Shown here piece after piece: positions 19,131-20,000 of a stretch of DNA of 20,000 nucleotides. Every line of letters starts with the position of its first letter. Within the stretch, counting starts at the first letter, position 1. A program made the translations under genes and the position numbers. Below the pieces are notes generated by a model, which saw only the letters and a program-made list of their open reading frames with translations, ran no database searches and was not told the DNA's origin. Source of the DNA: Chiloscyllium plagiosum (lineage: Eukaryota); assembly GCF_004010195.1 (NCBI RefSeq), contig NC_057719.1, positions 80,318,157 through 80,338,156 of the forward strand. Reading direction: 5' to 3'.

Positions 19131-19900
19131 TTCCAATGAAACAGAATTCCAATGAAGTTTCCACAATCAGGATAGCATCTGATTTGAAAAGTTGGCAATT
19201 CTTTCATCATGGGGTCGTAGGAGTCAGGTGACAGCAGAATTCAGATAATGTAAACATTATTTTTTATGGGTGGAAGTCATTTTTTTTAAGCCAACTAGTG
19301 CACCACAGCAGTATGAAATCTTGGCTGGGTCAGATAAAATTCCAGTGTCGGTTTCAGCCAATTTATCTTACGAGAGGGTGTTAAAAGAGATCTGGGCACA
19401 CAATGCAGCTCCTAGTAACATCTGGTATTCTGTTTGATTGTCAACTCCCTGTCGCCTCTGGTAGTAATAGTAAATAGTCACTGGAATGTAACACTGTGGG
19501 ACTTGGAGACAAAAAAGAACATTAAAATTCATGTGGCATTCAGGCAGAGAATAAGTAAAAGGACAAATGAACTGGAAAATGGGAGAGGGACACTGCACCA
19601 GCCTTGAATAGCCCAGACAAAAAAAAAATTATGTGATCCAAGCTTGCAAATTGCAGGTATGGATGTCTAAAGGACAAGGTGATTCGACATCTTTCAGGTA
19701 ACGATGGGAGAAATGTTGAAGCCCTCAAGTAAAATAAAAAATTCACGCTGCTACATTCAAAGATGATCAGAGCCGTGCAAGATAGCAGCTGCTGATCTGT
19801 GAGATAGGTAATAGCAGCGCACAGTCAGCAGATTCTGGTTATACTGTTAATCACAGCTTGACTGGCATCAAGCTTGGAAGTGCGGGGTCAGATTAGAACA

Positions 19901-20000
19901 AGGAGAAAGTGAGGACTGCAGATGCTGGAGATCAGAGCTGAAAATGTGTTGCTGGAAAAGCGCAGCAGGTCAGGCAGCATCCAAGGAGCAGGAGAATCGA
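19901..20000 (-). mobile_element. Penelope-like terminal repeat, cut by the window edge just before the expected hammerhead motif
   Basis: AGGAGAAAGTGAGGACTGCAGATGCTGG...GGAGAATCGA is the near-exact reverse complement of about 5361-5461. Confidence 0.85.

Overview
Vertebrate, repeat-rich non-coding DNA (intronic or intergenic), almost certainly from an elasmobranch (shark or ray), judged from the repeat families present. I found no intact protein-coding gene and none of the supplied ORFs looks like a host gene. Roughly two thirds of the window is layered retroelement debris: seven tRNA-headed V-domain (HE1-type) SINEs, several CR1/HER1-type LINE fragments, three decayed Ty3/Gypsy LTR elements (two pol remnants, one LTR+PBS+gag), Penelope-like (PLE) pieces, an L1/Tx1-like 3' end, older SINE relics and two minisatellites. 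Most notable: (i) short PLE-derived fold-back insertions with 14-15 bp target-site duplications, two of which pivot on a minimal hammerhead-ribozyme motif; (ii) a LINE-like poly(A) tail carrying a captured piece of the Gypsy LTR found 3 kb upstream; (iii) an inverted PLE insertion replacing part of a CR1; (iv) repeat-free islands with candidate regulatory motifs and one candidate minus-strand exon. Family names come from recall and manual translation, not database searches. Boundaries of old repeats are approximate.
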